A model generated the notes under the pieces. It saw only the letters and a list, made by a program, of their open reading frames with translations. It searched no databases and was not told where the DNA came from. The position numbers were made by a program, and so were the translations under genes. From NCBI GenBank assembly GCA_024137785.1, contig JAHRHZ010000266.1, positions 1 through 64,000 of the forward strand: 64,000 nt of DNA, in the 5' to 3' direction. The DNA is from Ginglymostoma cirratum (Eukaryota). Below, piece after piece: positions 62,394 to 64,000 of this stretch (position 1 is the stretch's first letter; each line of letters opens with the position of its first letter).

Positions 62394-63684
62394 TGCCTGC
62401 AGTATTCCGTATCTGCCCTGACTCTCTGGAAGTTTACGTGAGTTTCTGTGAGCTCTGCCCCACATGGACCTCTGATGGGAATGCTGTGGCAGCTTCAGGT
62501 AAGCATTCATATCCAGCCTTCATTTTTAACAAAGCAAATAATTTCTCCCTGATGAAGAAGCCACAGTTAAGGAAAAGGCACATTGTGCCAAACAGCAACA
62601 GGTTTAGGAATTAAATGCCAGGCAGCAGGCGGGTCATCAAGGAGGAGACAATTGCATGATCAACAAAATGGATTTGAAAGGTCAGTATTAGAAAGTACTT
62701 ACTGTAACCCCGCACCGAGACTGACAGGAGGACCGCAGAGAGACAAGCATAGAGAGACCCCATTGTCAATACTTCACCATTTCACCCTTCTCAATCGCTT
62801 ATTCTTGTCCTTTTACAGAAAAATACGGAGGTTAGCTGGCTTCCTGTGCACTGCTGAAGAAATGTTGGTCAATCTCACTAGACACGAATAACAGAAGGGA
62901 AATCTGTGTATTTTTAGTAACAGCTGAGAGAATGACAAATCTACTGTAAAGCTAAGGCACTAACCACAGCAACTGTTGAGAGTTGAAAGAACAATCCAGG
63001 ATATGAACAGGTCCTTCGGCCCTCCAAGCCTGCACATTTTGCCCTTCCGTACTAAAACTGTCTTCCCTTACAGGATCTGTATCCTCTATTACCTTCCTAT
63101 TCATGTATTCATCCAAGTGCTTTTTGAATGCTGATATTGTGTCTGCTTCCACCACCTCCTCTGGCAGCATGTTCCAGGCACTCACCACCCTTTGCGTGAA
63201 AAGTGTGCCTCACATATCTCTTTTAAACGTCCCCCCCGCCAATGTTTTCAATCTGTGTCCCCTAGTAATTGACTCCTCCACCCTGGAAAAAGCCTCATGC
63301 TTTCCACTTTATCCATGCCATTCACAATCTTATAAACTTCTATTAGGTCACCCCCTCAAACTCCAGCATTCCAGTGAATACAAACCTAGTCTATCCAACC
63401 TTTCTTCATGCTAAAATCCCCCGCAATTGTCTCCTCCTTGATGACCCGCCTGCTGCCTGGCATTTAATTCCTAAACCTGTTGCTGTTTGGCACAATGTGC
63501 CTTTTCCTTAACTGTGGCTTCTTCATCAGGGAGAAATTATTTGCTTTGTTAAAAATGAAGGCTGGATATGAATGCTTACCTGAAGCTGCCACAGCATTCC
63601 CATCAGAGGTCCATGTGGGGCAGAGCTCACAGAAACTCACGTAAACTTCCAGAGAGTCAGGGCAGATACGGAATACTGCAGGCA
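62394..63684. repeat. 262-bp inverted duplication (62394-62655 and 63423-63684)
   Basis: Arms appear identical; ORFs 62255-62614 (+) and 63464-63727 (-) share an identical translation from PAVFRICP to NRFRN. Confidence 0.92.
62703..62763 (-). CDS. Signal-peptide (leader) exon 1 of a Siglec-15-like gene: MGSLYACLSAVLLSVSVRGY + phase-1 donor
   Basis: ATG at 62763, 61 nt, GTAAGT donor; splices in frame to V1 (..RGY-K-FSENGWSM..); paralog at 3774-3834. Confidence 0.8.
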
Positions 63685-64000
63685 ACATCCTGGTAAACCT
63701 GTTCTTTACCCTCTCCAAAGCATCCACATCCTTCAGGTAGTATGGTGAACAGAACTGTGTGCAATATTCTCACCGTGGCCTGACTAAAGTTTTATAAAGC
63801 TGCAGCATAACTTGCCTATCCTTATACTCAATGCCCCTTCCAATGAAGGCAAGAATGCCATAAAACTTTTTTACTACCTTATCATCCCGAGCTGCCACCT
63901 CAGTGATCTCTGGACCTGCACATCCAGATACCTCTGCAAATCAATATTCCTAAGGATTCGGCTATTCACTGTATAATTTTCAACTGTACCTGACCTTCCA
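62985..64000 (-). mobile_element. CR1 3' part (runs off window), interrupted by the inverted duplication
   Basis: DALERVKNRFTRMLP, VSAWNMLPEEVVEADTISAFKKHLD. Confidence 0.88.

Larger units (their letters stand above)
55895..62960. repeat. Segmental/gene-level duplication copy B (paralog of 1190-4010), expanded by later insertions
   Basis: Collinear blocks as listed for copy A, separated by SINE, PLE, CR1 and Gypsy inserts absent from copy A. Confidence 0.88.

Noticed and set aside
62255-62614. 119-aa plus-strand ORF seemingly conserved in a second ORF at 63464-63727
   Set aside because: The match is due to the recent inverted duplication. The region is intron 1 on the other strand, has no recognisable domain, and the paralog at 3.4-3.7 kb has indels.

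Overview
Repeat-dense vertebrate genomic DNA with no prokaryotic features. The repeat complement (CR1 LINEs with esterase-type ORF1, V-domain tRNA-SINEs, Penelope-like elements, L2, Rex1/Babar and Gypsy relics) points to a cartilaginous fish (shark); this is an inference. The non-repeat content is a minus-strand tandem cluster of Siglec-15-like Ig V-set receptor genes. Two paralogous intact signal-peptide exons (62703-62763 and 3774-3834) lie about 58.9 kb apart inside a duplicated promoter/intron-1 block. Three V-set exons (50108-50677, 48158-48539, 30188-30535) are all disabled and all lack the sialic-acid-binding Arg. Leader-like cassettes sit about 45 nt behind two of the V exons, and another leader-like exon with an immune-type promoter lies at 19.4-19.7 kb. 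Also present: a decayed C2H2 zinc-finger array, a 14-kb nest of four CR1 elements, short fold-back Penelope insertions carrying minimal hammerhead ribozyme motifs and about 15-bp TSDs, and an apparently identical 262-bp inverted duplication bracketing the upstream leader exon. I found no C2-set, transmembrane or cytoplasmic exon by eye. Repeat boundaries are approximate; exon and TSD coordinates were counted by hand.
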